A DNA stretch of 64,000 nucleotides, taken from assembly GCF_038025025.1 (NCBI RefSeq), contig NW_027117339.1, positions 806,001-870,000 of the forward strand, written 5' to 3'. The first letter of the stretch is position 1; the number at the start of each line of letters is the position of its first letter. Positions 14,301 through 28,048 of the stretch are shown piece by piece. Position numbers and translations under genes: made by a program. The notes beneath the pieces are model-generated. The model was not told the origin of the DNA. It saw only the letters and a list, made by a program, of their open reading frames with translations, and made no database searches. Source of the DNA: Phyllosticta citribraziliensis (lineage: Eukaryota).

Positions 14301-15775
14301 GGCGAGAGACTGACATTCACATTTCGGTACGAGATGCCCGTGTCCACGAGGACGATCCACTGCTGGGTGTCATCTACCTGCCTTTGAGCAAAGTCCTCGC
14401 AAAACGAAGCCAAATCAACGCCTTCTTTCCTCTCGCTGGCGGGATAGGGTATGGCAGAGCACGCATATCCATGGTGTTTCGTGCTATCAAGCTGCAAGCG
14501 CCACGTCCAGCATTGGGTTGGGACTATGGAACGCTCCTGGTGGCGCCCCAAACTGTCTCTACTCACCTCCCCGAAGATTACAAACACCATCGGTTGAAAC
14601 TGCGCGTCCCATTCGGAAGCAGCAAAATGCATCCAACTTCTAGTCCCATCGAAGCGCCAGATTCTGAATTTGCCGCCTCGTCACAACCGAAAGCATCCAT
14701 TCCAACTGACAACTCGCACGACCCCCTGACGTTCAGAACCCACGGCAGCAGACCTCTCTCTCTACCTGTTGCTCGCCGCCACCGCACTCCTCTCACGATC
14801 ACTCTTCGTCCCCGCTCGACCCATCTTCACTCACTCTCGCACGCCCTCAGTTCATCGTCCAAGGCAGAAAACTTTGTCTTTGGCGTCACATATCTGAAGG
14901 ATATTGCCGACAATGAAGACGCCGACGTGCGGATCGGCGTCTACGGCGGGCGGGACGCAGAAAAAGTCTACGAGCGCGTCAAAAAGAATGTCTGCGACAT
15001 TGACGAGATGCTGCGCACAGGACGTGTCAGCGGCGACGGCATCGAAAAAGAAGCAGAAGACGAAAGCGGCAATGACGGCAAATCCGGCGAAGACGATGGG
15101 GGCCGAGTCCCGCGTCTCACGAAGATGGGCGAGATTGTCTTGACGCTGCGCTTCGTTCCGGGCCTCAGCCGCGCGCACCGCAGCCTCGCCAGGCGCGACG
15201 TTGACGTCGCACACGTCATGCAGGTGCTGGAGGCGGTGGATGATTGCGACGGTGCGACGGTCGAGGCGGTGCAGGGTAACGTAGGAGCGGGCATCGCGAC
15301 ACCGAGTACCACTACGATGAACAGCAGAAGCAGCTCTGAGACCAGCGCCGGCGACGAAGATGACAGTCGAGGCTTGAGCAGAGGCGAACAAGTTGGATTG
15401 TCGGACGGTAAGCGGGACGCCGCTTCGGACGACGATCTCGATCTTGATAGCCTTACGCCCACAGCGCTCTCCGCCGAGAAAGGTGTCGCCTTCAACGACG
15501 CGCCCTCGCTCGTCCGCTCCGACTCCTCCTACAGCACAGGCTCAACATCGTCCTCGACGAACCTCAGCACCGATGGCCACCGCGGTCTCGGCGCCGCCGC
15601 CAAAGAGTACAAGCGCACGCGCAATAGCCAGCACCGGCGGCATAGAGGCCTTATGCAGTGGAAGGGCCCGCGCACCGTCAAGTGGTTGGGACATAAAGTT
15701 GAACATGGCGGGATGAAGGTCAAGGGCGCGCTAGGACGGAGGGAAAAGGGCAGGGGGATCGAGAGTGAGGCGTGA
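11332..15775 (+). CDS. Mug190-like / tricalbin-related membrane protein (TM hairpin, SMP domain, C2 domains)
   Basis: ORFs 11332-12438, 12563-12904, 13247-14002 and 14081-15775 join through introns. Motifs: PESTQWLNSLLAAIWPLVNPDLF, DVMQASLPKLVRMVSVEDLGQG, and C2-type QLWDSDRTTADDDLGRIEVD and VRDARVHEDDPLLG. Confidence 0.85.
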
Positions 15776-18700
15776 GATTCCGGCGTGTAAAGAATATTTT
15801 CTGCACGTATGGTGTGTAGTGTCTATACAGCTGTGCGGCCCACCGGTACTTACTTCCCACTCCTTGAGGGCAGATACCCAAACACTCCGTATCGACGAAC
15901 TTTGGCACAACATCATCATGCCACGACACACCGACCCATCTCGAAAATCGAGACACCGCCACGACCGCTCCAACCGACAAACGCTTATCACCAACTCAAA
16001 ACACCATCGCCCATCAAGATTATTACCCTATCTGGCCTCCATCGCCGCCAGCGACGCCCTTGACCGATGCCACCACCGTGTCGTCATGCGCCATCTCATT
16101 TCCCCCACAACTCTCGAACCCTCGCCATGTCCCAAGAGGGTAGCAACAGCCGCCGCAGCGACGAATGTCTGCGTCCCCGGTCCAAATCATGAACCTTATA
16201 CAGTATGGCGTCTGCCGCCACTCCCGCGCCATTGCGGCAAAAGAGCTGCAGTGGTTCCTGACAAGGCTGCTGCGGGTTGAAGATACACCGAAAGAACGCA
16301 CACGAACCTGCCCTGGGCGTTTTCTGGAAAGCTTTCAAGCTCCCGCGCAAAGCCGCCGTCTGGCCGTCCATCCCGCTCGGTACCCGCGCCGGACCCGGAC
16401 TGTTTCCGTCTCCGGCTGTCCCCTGGCATCCACTTATACCCCTGGAGTTCTGAGCAAGCAAGGGAAGTCGTGAAGTCTGTCGCGGGCAGCCACACAGTCA
16501 GTCAATCACATCACCTGCAGCCCTGTCTGTTCTGCCCAGCCCTAAAGCGGCAGCGGCAGCGGCAACGGCAGCACGACTCAAGGAACACGCCACCGCAATT
16601 CAAACAAGCTTTTTCCTCGCCCGTTCCCGGCAAGTAACGACGTTTGCGAAGTACGAAAAGAAGAAGAAGAAGAAAAAAAAGGGGGGGTTTCCTTGGGAAA
16701 ATGCCAAAAATAACGATGCCTAGGCGCCTAGACGCCTTGTCGCCTGCCTACCTAGGTACCTACAGTAAGGAAGCTACAGAACACATTCAGTCAGCATACA
16801 TACCTCCTCGCTTCCTTTGGTTTGACTTTGGTGCCTGAGCCTGGCTGAGTCCGCACCCCATATCCTGGGCGAGATTATTACGTCGTACCGGCGGACTGGA
16901 GTGAGACAAGAATAGTAGGTGCCTCAGTCTCGATGATGATGATGACGACGCCGCTCGTGCTCGCGCCTGGATTGTCTGCCTGGATCGCAGAGTCAGGAAC
17001 TCGCAGGATAGGCGAAAAGAGTAAGGACAGGCGCCACGACGTTGCAGAGTGAAGTCACTGCGTGTCCAGACCTGCTTCGAGTGGCGATAGGAAAGGCTTA
17101 TGCATCTGGATCAATGTACGATGATGAAGAGATGTCGCCGCCGCAACCAAGCAGTCGATCAACCAACCTGGACCAGGCAGTAGAATACGAGTGCGAGGCC
17201 GAGTACCTACGCAACGACAGGATTCGATGCCAGCAGGGCAGGTGATAGGCAAGACCAGGCACGCGTCCATGTAGACGCTCAAAAAATATGCGTCAGGCAG
17301 GCCACCACCACACCACAGTGGCGGGCACGCCATCCTGACAAACCGAGACTGCTTCGGGGTGCGCGTGTCTTGTCAGCATGCGCGAAGGCAAAAGGGCAAG
17401 CTTGCGAATGTGAGCGTGACGTGCAGGCATACATGCATGCATGTGCCGTGAGCAGAGAGTTGACGCGAGTCTGTTTGCGATCTTGGCTCGTCGTGTGTAT
17501 GGCTGGAGACGTGCATGGGGCCAGCCTTGTTTGCCCCCCAGCTTGTGGGGTGGTGGTGATGTGCAGGTGAGGAACGAGACGTGATGATGCTTTGGTGGTG
17601 GAAACGTTTGGAGTGGTGCGCAGCTGGATGACGTGTCGGGCTGGCGAAGACTTGAGGGTGGATGGGACAAGAGCTTGGGATTCATCATCGCTTCCACTGT
17701 GTTCGCATCGCTGGTGATCCTGGGCCACTTTGACTTCCTTCAATCCAGGTGAGCACATTTCCGAATCAGACTTCGGACCAGGCACGCACGTCTTTCGTCC
17801 TGCTACGGCTCTCACCTCGGCCGGCTCTTTCTGACGCCAGGACCAGTCTAGTCCAGTCCCGTCATGTCTGCGCACGCGTTTCGTTCTGTCACTTAGTCTC
17901 GGCATGGTCAGACGACGGCCTTGTCGCTCATCACTCCATCAACAGAGAGCAAGCCATGTTTCTGGGCCAGTCTAGAAGCAACAACAGACACCGGATACTA
18001 ACTGCTCGGGTTCGGGCACAGGCTAGAACGGAGCGAGAAAGAAAGTAATCGGAACGACCAGATTGCGAGGAGCGACGCTGCTAGCCGCAAATCCTCGACA
18101 CGCGGTCGTCGCACCTGTCGGGTCGAGGTTGAAGGGGACTTCTGGAAGGCTGTGTGGAAGACGGGCGGCTAAAGACGTGTTGCGCATAATTCGTGCTCGT
18201 GTTGTTCTTGAATCCACGTGGCTGTAGCGTGCGGGAGGAACTTGGTCTGCATTTGCTTCTGTACATCTCGCTTGGTGTTGATACTTCTGTTCTTCTCATC
18301 TCGTTTGCTTTTTTTGGGCTCGTACAGAGCTCCAACCGGATAATCTGATCGATATGCTTCTGTTTTCTGCCTGGCCTGGCAGGACGCGCACCTCGATCCA
18401 AGATGCTGAGAGTCGGCATCTTCAACACGTCTGGTCCCTCCCAAACCGCGTGCAGACACGAGCCGCGGTGTCCAGGGATAGTGCTGACTGTCAAACCGCG
18501 AGCGCGTGGTCCGCTGTCACCAAGTACCCAGCAGGTATTGACCAAGAGCCACGATGATTGAGTAGGTTTGAGAGGTAAAGAGAAAGAGGTGGAATTATTG
18601 CGGACAAGGTTGACGCCAGGCAGATATTAGCTGTGGCAGGCATCAGGCGCTGAGGGGGGGATGGATGGCCCCAGGCGTGTAATTCCGGACTCGCGGCTAT

Positions 18701-19364
18701 CTTGTTTGGGACGGCGCGGCCCGAGCTAACCCGAAGTGGCAGGTATGCGGTTGGGAGACCAAGCCTAGTGAGACGAGAGACCATCGTGAGGATGGTTTGA
18801 ACTGCGCTGATCATCGATGTTTTTGAAAGAAGACTTTCTCAGGATAACCTCAACCTGTTTCCATACCGTATCGACAGTAAGAAAAGACAATCTTCATTAC
18901 TCTATCCGCCATCCGCTGCATCTCTACTCGCCACCTAGGTCCGCCGAGCCTTTTCGCGTCCTGCTTCACACCACTCGGAGCGCAATTATGCATGCCAACA
19001 ACTCCTGGGCCCAAAAAAACGACGCCTTCGTTTCAGGAACGCGCTTCTTTTTGGGTGCCAAATTCCGAACGCAGGAAACGTGCGGAACACTGTGCTCCGT
19101 ATTGTTTGGCCCCGGAACCGTCCGGCTAAGGCAGTGCACGATAGCTTAACACTGTTAGGCTCGGGATTCGCGAAGCGAGGATGCCAGGCGTAGGGCAACG
19201 AGGCTCTGGCGGACGCGGACCCTGGGGATCGAATTTCGATAGGGGCTGTGAGGCTCGACGGCGGAGTGGAGGTGAGGGTATTTAGAACGCGGTGGCGCCA
19301 TCTCTTTCACTACAAGTCCTTTACTTTCCGAACAAGACTCTTTCGCAAGCCAACAACAACGACA

Positions 19365-20178
19365 ATGCGAACGGTAACTTTTCTTGTTTACGCGCTGTTT
19401 GCGCTCTTTGCGGCTGCCAACGAATACAGCGATGACGACTACGGCAAGGACGTGAATAAGTACTATCCACAAGATCAACCGGTGGGAACATATAAAGACG
19501 GTGTCTTCATCATTTCCTCAAAGGTAGGTTTTAATGATTCCTTGGTTTATTGGAATTCGAACGGAGCAGTGATGAAGATCTCGAACCACGCTAACGACTC
19601 AAAAGTGTACAAGGAGCTGCGCTTCGGATTGCAAAGACGCAAAGATCCTCGAAGACAAAGCTGGTGTTGGCTCTCGTTTCGCAGAACGTCTGGCCAAGGT
19701 CCTCGTCGGTGAATGCACCCACAGTGATACCTCCAAGGGTTGCGGCTGTCGTGTAAGTTCCCATTTGTCCTACTCCTGCGAATACCATCACTGACTCTTG
19801 CAGGTTCCGGATGACGATTCTTGCGCCAAGGTCTACACTTGCGCCGAAGTCGAGGAGGACCCAAGTAGCGGCAGTAGCAGCAGCAAAAACCACGCCAAGT
19901 GCCGGCCAAAGCCCGTCCTCTCGCCCTCGGACTACGACCGCCCGTGCAAATGCCCGAAGACTTGCGAAGCCAGCGTGGAGCCTGGCCGGACTAGACTTCT
20001 TGTGCCAGACCGTACCCGTTTAAGCAATCCAAATGACATCGTGTCGTTTCGCACACGGCTTATGCAGAAGGAGGGTATTCAGCCGGGCCAGACAGACCCC
20101 AACGCCGCGCAATTGGACCGCACGCGGCTCATGTCGGTTGACGAGTGCCAGGACAAGGACAAGCAGAACTGTGGTTGA
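19365..20178 (+). CDS. Small secreted cysteine-rich protein (about 226 aa, 14 Cys), candidate effector
   Basis: ATG 19365 starts a signal peptide MRTVTFLVYALFALFAAA. Introns 19524-19605 (GTAGGT..CTAAC..AAG) and 19753-19803 (GTAAGT..CTGAC..CAG) keep the frame open to the stop at 20178. Confidence 0.75.
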
Positions 20179-21227
20179 GGGACAGCTGGGACGTGGAGGG
20201 AGATGGTTTTGCAGAGGTCATGAATATGGCGGGGCTCTTCTTGATCGGTGTTTTGGTGGCGCCATGGTTGGCGGCAGCCAGGAAAACACCTGGCACCAAC
20301 GTCTGGAGGGTTGAGGAACATGGTTGGTTTCTGCTATCAAGTTTCGCCATTTGGTCAATCCTTAACGATAATGATCAATTCGACCCGTACTTTTGACCTT
20401 TTTGTCTGGATGATGAGACGGAGTTATCTGTACGCACAGTGACTGTATCAATGATGGGTGTCCTTGGAAACACTATCCTACCGTGAGCTACTTATCGTCG
20501 GAGTTTGATGCAACGCCATAGCTCGCCGTTGCCGGTGTGCAGCATATTGGACAACAAGACTTAGTCCACTGCTCAGGCCATTGCGACTTCGCGCAGTCCG
20601 GCTGTTGAATCAGCTGCCACTCCCACAGATGGCTTGGCAGCTGAAGCAGGCGTAGCAGTCTTGCGTCCTCACTCCTTCGTCACCTGTCAATCGCTCCAAT
20701 CTTCGCCACAATGTGCTGATACTCGAAATAGTCGGTTTCCAGTCCTGGCAGCGTTGCTACGCGAACATCAAACAAGGAGCATCCATCTTGTAACAAACAG
20801 AAGCCACAAAAATAGAAGTCTGTCGGACGCTGAAACTATGAGGGCCGATTGCAAGGTGTGATTAAAATAAATTCTCCGCATAAGGTTCAATGACGCCGTT
20901 GAAAAGTCAAATCTTTGGCCAGTTCGGACCCCGGTTTTGGAACGGCGGAGCCTCAGGCAACAGGGTCCAATCTCGTAAAATACGAGCCGTTAGGACGTTT
21001 TTTTGGGGTGTGTTGCGACGCGCTGCTTCGCTGACTTTGGCGACAATGTCCGAGACCAGGGAACTGGATTCGTACGCAGAATGACGGCACGAGTGCGCGG
21101 ACACGATTACTCGCCATCCCATTCTATCCATCGATCAGCACGAACTTTAGCTCCTTCTTCCAATCTATGTCGGAGACGGACGTCCGAGAGCCTTTACAAC
21201 CCGTTGACGAGCTGAGACAGGTAGAAT

Positions 21228-22301
21228 CTACGATCTCTCAATCAGCTCCAGATACTGGCCAACGACATCTCGGACAACGGAATCCATCCCCTTGAACTCG
21301 ATCCCAAAGGCTCTCCGCGCCTTGTTAGGCAAAAACCTCACTTTCTTCGTCTTGCACTGCCCGTGGCACGTGAGTAATCCCTCGTCAACCTCTTTCGGGA
21401 AAAGCCTTCTCGTCCACATCGGAACATCATTCCAGACCGGATCCATGCTCAGCAAAAATGTCTCGCCGCCGGGAATCTTGGTCCGATCCAGCGCCATGAG
21501 ATGGCAGTCTACCACATCGTCGACGTGCACGCCGGATGAGATCTCAGCATCGGAGAGCAGTGGCGCCGCACCCATGCGCTTCTTGGGCACGACCATTCCA
21601 AGAACCAGCGCGTTGCTTTTGCTTAGCAAGTCTTCGACACTTGTCGCTGCCTCGTGCCGCCCAAAGACATACGTAGGCGCCACATTCACCAGGTCGAATT
21701 CGAGACATTCAGCGCCGCCATGCTCCTCCATCCACCGCTTGCTCCTCTGGAATGCCGCCGTCTTGCTGCCCACGTAGGCCGTCATGACATCCGGAATTGG
21801 TTGCCCCAGATCGGCATAGACGTCGTCGTTGGCGTCTTCTTCTGTCTTGTTCAATGTCGTTTCTTGATCCGCTCCGAGAAGTTCGCTGGGCGACACGAAG
21901 GCGGCGGCCGATGAGGTGCAGACGACGCGCTTGACGGAGCCGCTGTTTTTGGCAGCGGAGAGTATGTTGAGCGTGAAGTTGACGGCTGGCTTTACGACGG
22001 CGTCGTACAGCTGCTCTGGTTCTATCGGCTGGAATGGCAGCGGTGACGCGACGTGTATGATGTACTCAGCACCCGTGGCCGCCGCATCAAGAGCACCGGG
22101 AGCTTGTGGATCCGGAACCACACAGAAAGAGAATTGCGACGACTTGTTGAGAGAGAAGAGGGCTGACGAGGTCCGTAGCCGTTCCGCTTCGTTTTCGCTG
22201 TACACTATGATGCGGACATGGTGGCCGGTTTTGAGGGCTTTGAGTAGGATTGCGAAGCCGACAAACCCTGTGGCTCCCGTGAGAAGAATCGTCCCTGACA
22301 T
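21228..22301 (-). CDS. NAD(P)-dependent epimerase/dehydratase (aldehyde reductase II / Gre2-like extended SDR)
   Basis: Single 357-aa ORF with TGATGFVG Rossmann motif, IIHVASP, VVCTSS and catalytic YVGSK. Confidence 0.9.
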   Translation of the reverse strand: MSGTILLTGATGFVGFAILLKALKTGHHVRIIVYSENEAERLRTSSALFSLNKSSQFSFCVVPDPQAPGALDAAATGAEYIIHVASPLPFQPIEPEQLYDAVVKPAVNFTLNILSAAKNSGSVKRVVCTSSAAAFVSPSELLGADQETTLNKTEEDANDDVYADLGQPIPDVMTAYVGSKTAAFQRSKRWMEEHGGAECLEFDLVNVAPTYVFGRHEAATSVEDLLSKSNALVLGMVVPKKRMGAAPLLSDAEISSGVHVDDVVDCHLMALDRTKIPGGETFLLSMDPVWNDVPMWTRRLFPKEVDEGLLTCHGQCKTKKVRFLPNKARRAFGIEFKGMDSVVRDVVGQYLELIERS

Positions 22302-22859
22302 GGTGAGCTCGTGGGGAGGAAGACGGGAAAGGGGCCAGGCGCTTGTTTAAAGCGTCTGCGAGTAGGTGGGGCCAACTGGGTCCATTCCAATATTGGCAAT
22401 TGCTTCGCCAATTCGAGATGGCGTAGATCAATGACAGTTGTGGTGGCAGCGGTAGCTCTTCACTGTGCCGCTTTGACGTGTACTTCATAGCGCGATCGTG
22501 TCCTGTCTCGAAGCCACAAGCATTTCACCAACCAAGAGTTGATCAGGGGAAAAGTCCAAGGTCCTCAAGCCTCGTTTCTTTGCTGATCGCCAACCATCAA
22601 AATATCTGAGGTGCAGACAGACCTGCAAAGCCAGAGGAGCTGAACTAGGATCCGAGATGCAAATGAACACACGGCCCTTCTGCGGCCAAACTCAAGTTCC
22701 TTTGATTGGTCTAGAACAGACCAAAACAAAGCACTTTGGTGCAGTTCAAAAACACTCAAAAGACAAGCAAACGGAAGTGTTTGTAGACCAGCGACGTATG
22801 GAGCAGATTCGAGTGGTCGAGCAGTTCCTGGCCAAAGACCTTTCAGGCAGTTTCACGCC

Positions 22860-23925
22860 CTACTCAAGACGCTTTTCACTCCATAACATCTTCTGCGCAT
22901 CAGCTCCAAGAGCCAACTCCATCCGCTCATCACAAAAAGGGAGCGGGTCTCTCCAATACCACCTCTCGCCGCTGCATTCGACCGCCCTCCCGAACATCTC
23001 GCCCACCTTGACTTCCTTCCCAATCGAATCGACAACTGGCCTTTCCAGGTCGGTGCCGCAGTCGACAATCCGAAGCACGGCGTTGGCGACGCACGAGACG
23101 GGCGTCCACGTCTCGGGTCTGATGTCAACCTGGTCCCATTCTTTGGCTGAGAGGAGCGATGTCGGTACCACGCCAGGGCACATTGCGTTGACGCGGATGT
23201 TGTGGGAGGCGTGCAGACGGGGTGCGATGGAGCGCGCGAGACCGAGGACGCCATCTAGCAAAGAATCGTGTTCTAGCGAGATTTTTGAGTAGCAGAGTTG
23301 TGCTCTCTCAGGGGGTTCTTCAAGGGGTCAAAGACAGACTCGACTTACGCTTCGCAGACGTATACACTGGCGCCAAAGCGCTAGGATAAATGCCAGCAGC
23401 ACTACTCGTGAGCACCAAGTCACCACCCTCTTGCTTCCTAATCATATAGTGGGCTGCCAGAAAGACGGTATACAAGACGCTCTTCAAATTAACGTCCAGC
23501 ACTTTCATAGCGCCTTCGGGAAAGGAAGGGGGCGGTGCATCTCCTTCTCCCTCAGCATCCATTTGCTTCGTGGCCGCATCTATGAAGTTGAGGCGCTCGA
23601 CGATGCCTGCGTTGCCGAAGACGAAGTCAAGACGCCCCTCAGAAGCGAAGATGGCGGCAAACACTATGGACAGTGCGCTGTAGTCTGAGACGTCGGCATG
23701 GTGGAATTTTGCGCATGGCAGGGAAGCTGCGGCTGCAGCGCCGGCTGATGGGTTCATGTCGACGATGTGGATATGCCAGGGTGGTGTGGTGCGTTCGGAG
23801 AGGAGAGTAGCGACGGCGAGGCCAATTCCGCTGGCTGGTTAGATTTACAAGTGTGAGCAAGATGTATGTCCTAGTAGAGGAGGACTGAACAAACCTCCAC
23901 CGGTGATGAGAGCGACTTTCGCCAT
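22860..23925 (-). CDS. Short-chain dehydrogenase/reductase (15-hydroxyprostaglandin dehydrogenase-like)
   Basis: Spliced MAKVALITGG|ASGIG, plus GRLDFVFGNAGI, catalytic YTSAK and NIRVNAMCPG. Two introns. Confidence 0.85.
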
Positions 23926-25157
23926 GCTTGACTGGGAGGTTCGATTGGAAAAGTGTTTGGCAACTGAGTTGGGCAATTTTTCTGTTCTTTGGCCGTATCT
24001 CCATTTTAACTTACATTTAAATAATGTCCAAAGCGTCCGACACATCCCCAGTCATCTGCTTTCAGAAGCCCTAAATGATGTCAGGATAAGCAGCCACGCA
24101 GCTAGAAGCAAAAAATCGCATCTTGGGGTTTGCAAGAAAAGCCAAGACCACGGCTGCGGCGAAACATGGAGGTGAATAAAATGCGGTGCAACTCACTGGT
24201 CTCAAACCAGCCTTGGGGTACACAGACGACCCATTTTTCGGCAGCCTTCCAATCAAAAGCAATACCCGTTTGGAAATTTGGGTGAAGAGAAGCCAAGGCT
24301 GTGGTTATCTGCACTTCAGCTGGACTGTTCTGCCCCCTACACTTCAGAAAAAGCAGAAGTATCAAGTATGGGGAACTTCGACCGGCGAGACGATCTCCGG
24401 TGTACCGCAGGGTTGTGATACGGTTTGTACAGCTTTCAGTCAGCCTGATGGGCCCACTGCCCCGCTTTATGTCGATGCGAATGCCACGGCAGGCAGGCAC
24501 CATGTCCTATTCTTCTAGTCAGCGAGTCTTTGATGGAGGATGTACGATATCAGACTACACCTTGGATTCGGACACTTTGGCATTGCAGCAGCAAGAAGCC
24601 GTCATGTTGAATTGGTTGCAATCTGAGTTTAGCATTTAGATCTACGAGGGATAGTTGTCAGTAGAGGATCATTGCCGATACAAAATCATTCATCCAGCAA
24701 GTCGACTCAGTATAGGTCACTGCAATCTTTTTGGACAACAGGTCTCAGTCTCGTGGAACAGACAACTTGGTATAATGTGTGTGATCGATCCAAGGAAAAA
24801 GAACCAAAATTGATAAACAACGCTTTCTTCTCGCGATGAGCGAGAGCCTCGCCTGTCATCGCGGCCGTCCGGTGTCTTACAATCGTTGATGGTTTGCTTC
24901 TCATAACAACTCAACACCGCGGCCGGTGAACCAAAGGAAGAAGGCATCGCATCACAGCCCCCTCGCTACGCCAAAACGCCAGCACCCTTCCGCCTCCCTT
25001 CTTTTTTCTGCCCCGCCGGGTGATATCTTTTCCTCTCCAAGGCGTGTCTTCTCACCAATGGCTAGGCTTCTCATCAGCTGTGCGTGCAATGACGTGTATC
25101 ATTAGACATACACGCAGCTTGTCAATCCAAACGTCGATCGGAGAAGCCGAAAAAGAT

Positions 25158-27750
25158 TTAGAAATCTTCGTCCATATCTTGATCCTCAGCCTCAATGAAG
25201 ACAAGCCTCGTGCCTTCGCCAGCCGTTTGCCAGACCTACTTCTTGTTAGTCGTTGTCTCGACAAATGAATGACGGATCAGCAGATATTGGATGAACTTAC
25301 ATCAATCAAGGCATACTCATCAATCGCCTCCTCGAATTGGTCCGCGGTAAAGCCCTTGGCGAGGACACGCTCGCGGACGCGGCGCAAGTCGAGCTCACCG
25401 GAGCCGTCGGCTGCCATGGCAGCGCCACTCTCCTTCATTCCGCGGATGAGGTGGTAGATCTTGCTGCTGGGACTCTGGTCCGTGCCCTTGTTACGGTCGT
25501 CCGCGTACAAGCTAGCCTTGCTGACTTCAATGAGGCGGAGGGCCTCGTCGACGTCTTCGACAATGACGTGCTCGGCGAAACGAAGGCGGGCAAGTGCTTG
25601 TGCCAGACGCAGCACGCCGAGAAGTGTACGAGGCGAAGTGTGCGTGAATGCGCGGCGCTGCGACTCGTCCCTGACTTGTTGCTGCCGCATCCGAACGTAG
25701 GCCGCCACCAAATAGTCATTGACTTCCTTGGGAACCGTGGGCCGGTACGATCGTGCGCGAGCAATCCATTGCCGCACCTCGTGAGGCGTGAAAACGGGCC
25801 CATTTCCGTTGTCTGCCGTTTCCGGGTGTTTGTTGTGGATGTGGACGTGCGTGACGTGGCGGGCAAGTTCTTCGTCGGCGTCGCGCGATGGCGTATCCAA
25901 AATCAGGAACAAGACATCGAAACGCGAGAGAAGAGCCGCGGGAAGGTTTATGTTTTCGACGGGGGAGATGCGCGGGTTGTAACGGCCGTAGAGAGGGTTG
26001 GCGGCTGCCAGAATCGAGGTGCGGGCATTAAGTGTTGTGGTGATGCCAGCTTTGCTGATTGAAATGGTCTGTTGCTCCATGACTTCGTGGATTGCAGTGC
26101 GGTCCGAGTCGTCCATCTTGTCAAATTCATCAATGCAGCACATGCCGTTGTCGGCAAGAACAAGAGCTCCGCCTTCGAGGACCATCTCATCGGTGACCGG
26201 GTCACGCATCACTGCTGCAGTCAGACCAACACCACTCGAACCACGGCCAGTGGTGTAGACGCCACGAGGAGCGACCTTAGTGATGTACTTGAGAAGCTGA
26301 GATTTGGCAACACCGGGATCACCCATCAGACAAACGTTGATGTCGCCGCGGATGCGCATGCCGTCACCCATTTCCTTTGTAACACCGCCAATGAGCTGCA
26401 GCAGTAGCGCCTTCTTTACGTCCAAGTGACCAAAAATCTCGGGGGCGATGGATCGGGAAAGGAATTCGTAGAGCTGGCCAGATCTCTCCAGCTCATTCAT
26501 GCGGCGGAGAGTGGGAGCAGCCAGGATAATGTCGTCGTAGGCCTTCTTGTGCTGAGTCACATGTTGAGCCTCAAGATATGTGTCGGTGAGCAAGCCAGCC
26601 TTGATCGCTTTGAAGCCAGTGTACGGGGTCGGGAGGAAGATTCCAGCAATGTCAACCACGTCGCCTGGATTGATTTGCCGCGTGAGCGCACCGTGACAGT
26701 AAATAGTCAGCTGTCTGGGGATGTGCCCGACGGGAACCTGGTCTGCCATTTCCTGGATTTTGACTTCTTGGAACGGCAGGAACTTGCATGCGCGAGTGGA
26801 GAGGAAAAGTTGGCCCTTGGACTTGTTGTCTTTGCATTCTTTTGACGGGCAGTCGACAAGAGGCGTGTACTGCTTTGCGGAAATTGGCTGGAAGATTTCG
26901 AACCCGCAGCGATCGCAAGAATAGGCGTTGACCTTGATGGATGGCTTGACGTCTGAAACCCTAGTAGTAATTCCTCGTACGGTAATCAGATTGCCGAGAT
27001 GCTCGCCCCGAACTTGTCTTACAGCAAGCGCCTTTGAGTCGCGTTCGCTGCTTGATCCTGAGGGAGTGGTAGGCTTGAAGTTGAGGGTATATCTCCTGGT
27101 AAGCTCCGGAGGGAAAATGGATTCTGGGTCAGTGGGGTTTCCATCTGCTTCCGCGTCTTCCAGTATTCTTTCGTTACGCCTGGAACGCTGCGTCATGATA
27201 ATATCCAGAACGTCGTCTTTATAAGTAGGTTGAGAGGTAGGCTCAGGCATGACCTTGTCGACTGCCTTTGAAAGAATCTCAATGTAGCGGTTCGCGTTTC
27301 TCTGCACAGACTCCACCAATTTCAGGTCCGGGGTGTCTTCGCCGAGGCCCTTTTCATACTGCAAGCACGATTAGAATGACGCCCAGAGCCTTGTGGATTG
27401 TTTGCGCACCTCATCCAAATCGTCCAGGTCTATCAATATGCTGTTGCGGGTTCGATTGGCCACCTCTTGCAGCATTTGCATGTATTTGACCTTGGGGCTG
27501 CGGTTGCGACGACTTCTTTGCGCTCCCTCGCCGTCATCATCGTCCATAAAGTCGTAGTCCTCGTCTTCGCCGTCAATCTGCAGGTCTTCGAGCGCATCCG
27601 TCGCCTCGGTCGACGATGACTTGTAGGAGCGGAGGAAATCTTCGAAGGCGGCTGCGGTTGCTGTCAGTCGGGTTTGTTTTGATGGTTGTTTGCGTACGCA
27701 CCTTGCTGATCGCCATAGTCGACGACCTTCTTGTATGTGAGGAGCGCCAT
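25158..27750 (-). CDS. MCM7: DNA replication licensing factor MCM7
   Basis: Walker A GDPGVAKS, Walker [10 protein letters not shown], Arg finger SRFD and Zn finger CDRC..CPSKEC. First exon [16 protein letters not shown]; last exon [25 protein letters not shown]. Confidence 0.95.
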
Positions 27751-27904
27751 GGCCCTTGAGTGTGGAAGAGAAGGCGAAGGGACAGGGGAGGTCGGGTGGG
27801 GCTGCTGTGGTGGTTGTGGTCGCGACGCGGAGGCAGAGGATGGAGGTGTTGCGGCTTGAGCGCTTCTTTGCGCACGAACAGCGAACACCAAAGCGAGCTA
27901 GGGT

Positions 27905-27941
27905 ACGCGCGGCGCGTCAAGTCGCGTCGCGAAAAGCGCGT
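27905..27941. promoter_or_regulatory. Cluster of MCB/SCB-like CGCG elements in the MCM7 / CSA bidirectional promoter
   Basis: ACGCG, CGCGT, CGCGT, CGCGAAA and CGCGT fall within about 37 bp of the ~300-bp divergent intergenic gap. Confidence 0.5.
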
Positions 27942-28048
27942 AATTTGCTTCCTGGCTCACCGTAATTTCGGCCGCCCTCCACACCCACTTGCGCAACTGC
28001 GTCATCTCTTCCCTCGACTCGGTCCCGCCTGTGCTCCTCGTTCAATGC

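Noticed and set aside
15800..19300. Short ORFs and TAGGTA/CCTAGG-type palindromes (e.g. CTAGGCGCCTAG near 16720-16731)
   Set aside because: No coding signature; the palindromes are short and show no TIR/TSD structure of a mobile element.
21228..23925. Two tandem oxidoreductases as a possible secondary-metabolite cluster
   Set aside because: No PKS, NRPS or terpene synthase in the window; the P450 is 35 kb away among housekeeping genes.
25337..27224. Long antisense ORFs over MCM7 (similar ones over BAT, the Mid2-like gene and the NLR)
   Set aside because: Shadow ORFs expected from GC-rich codon usage.
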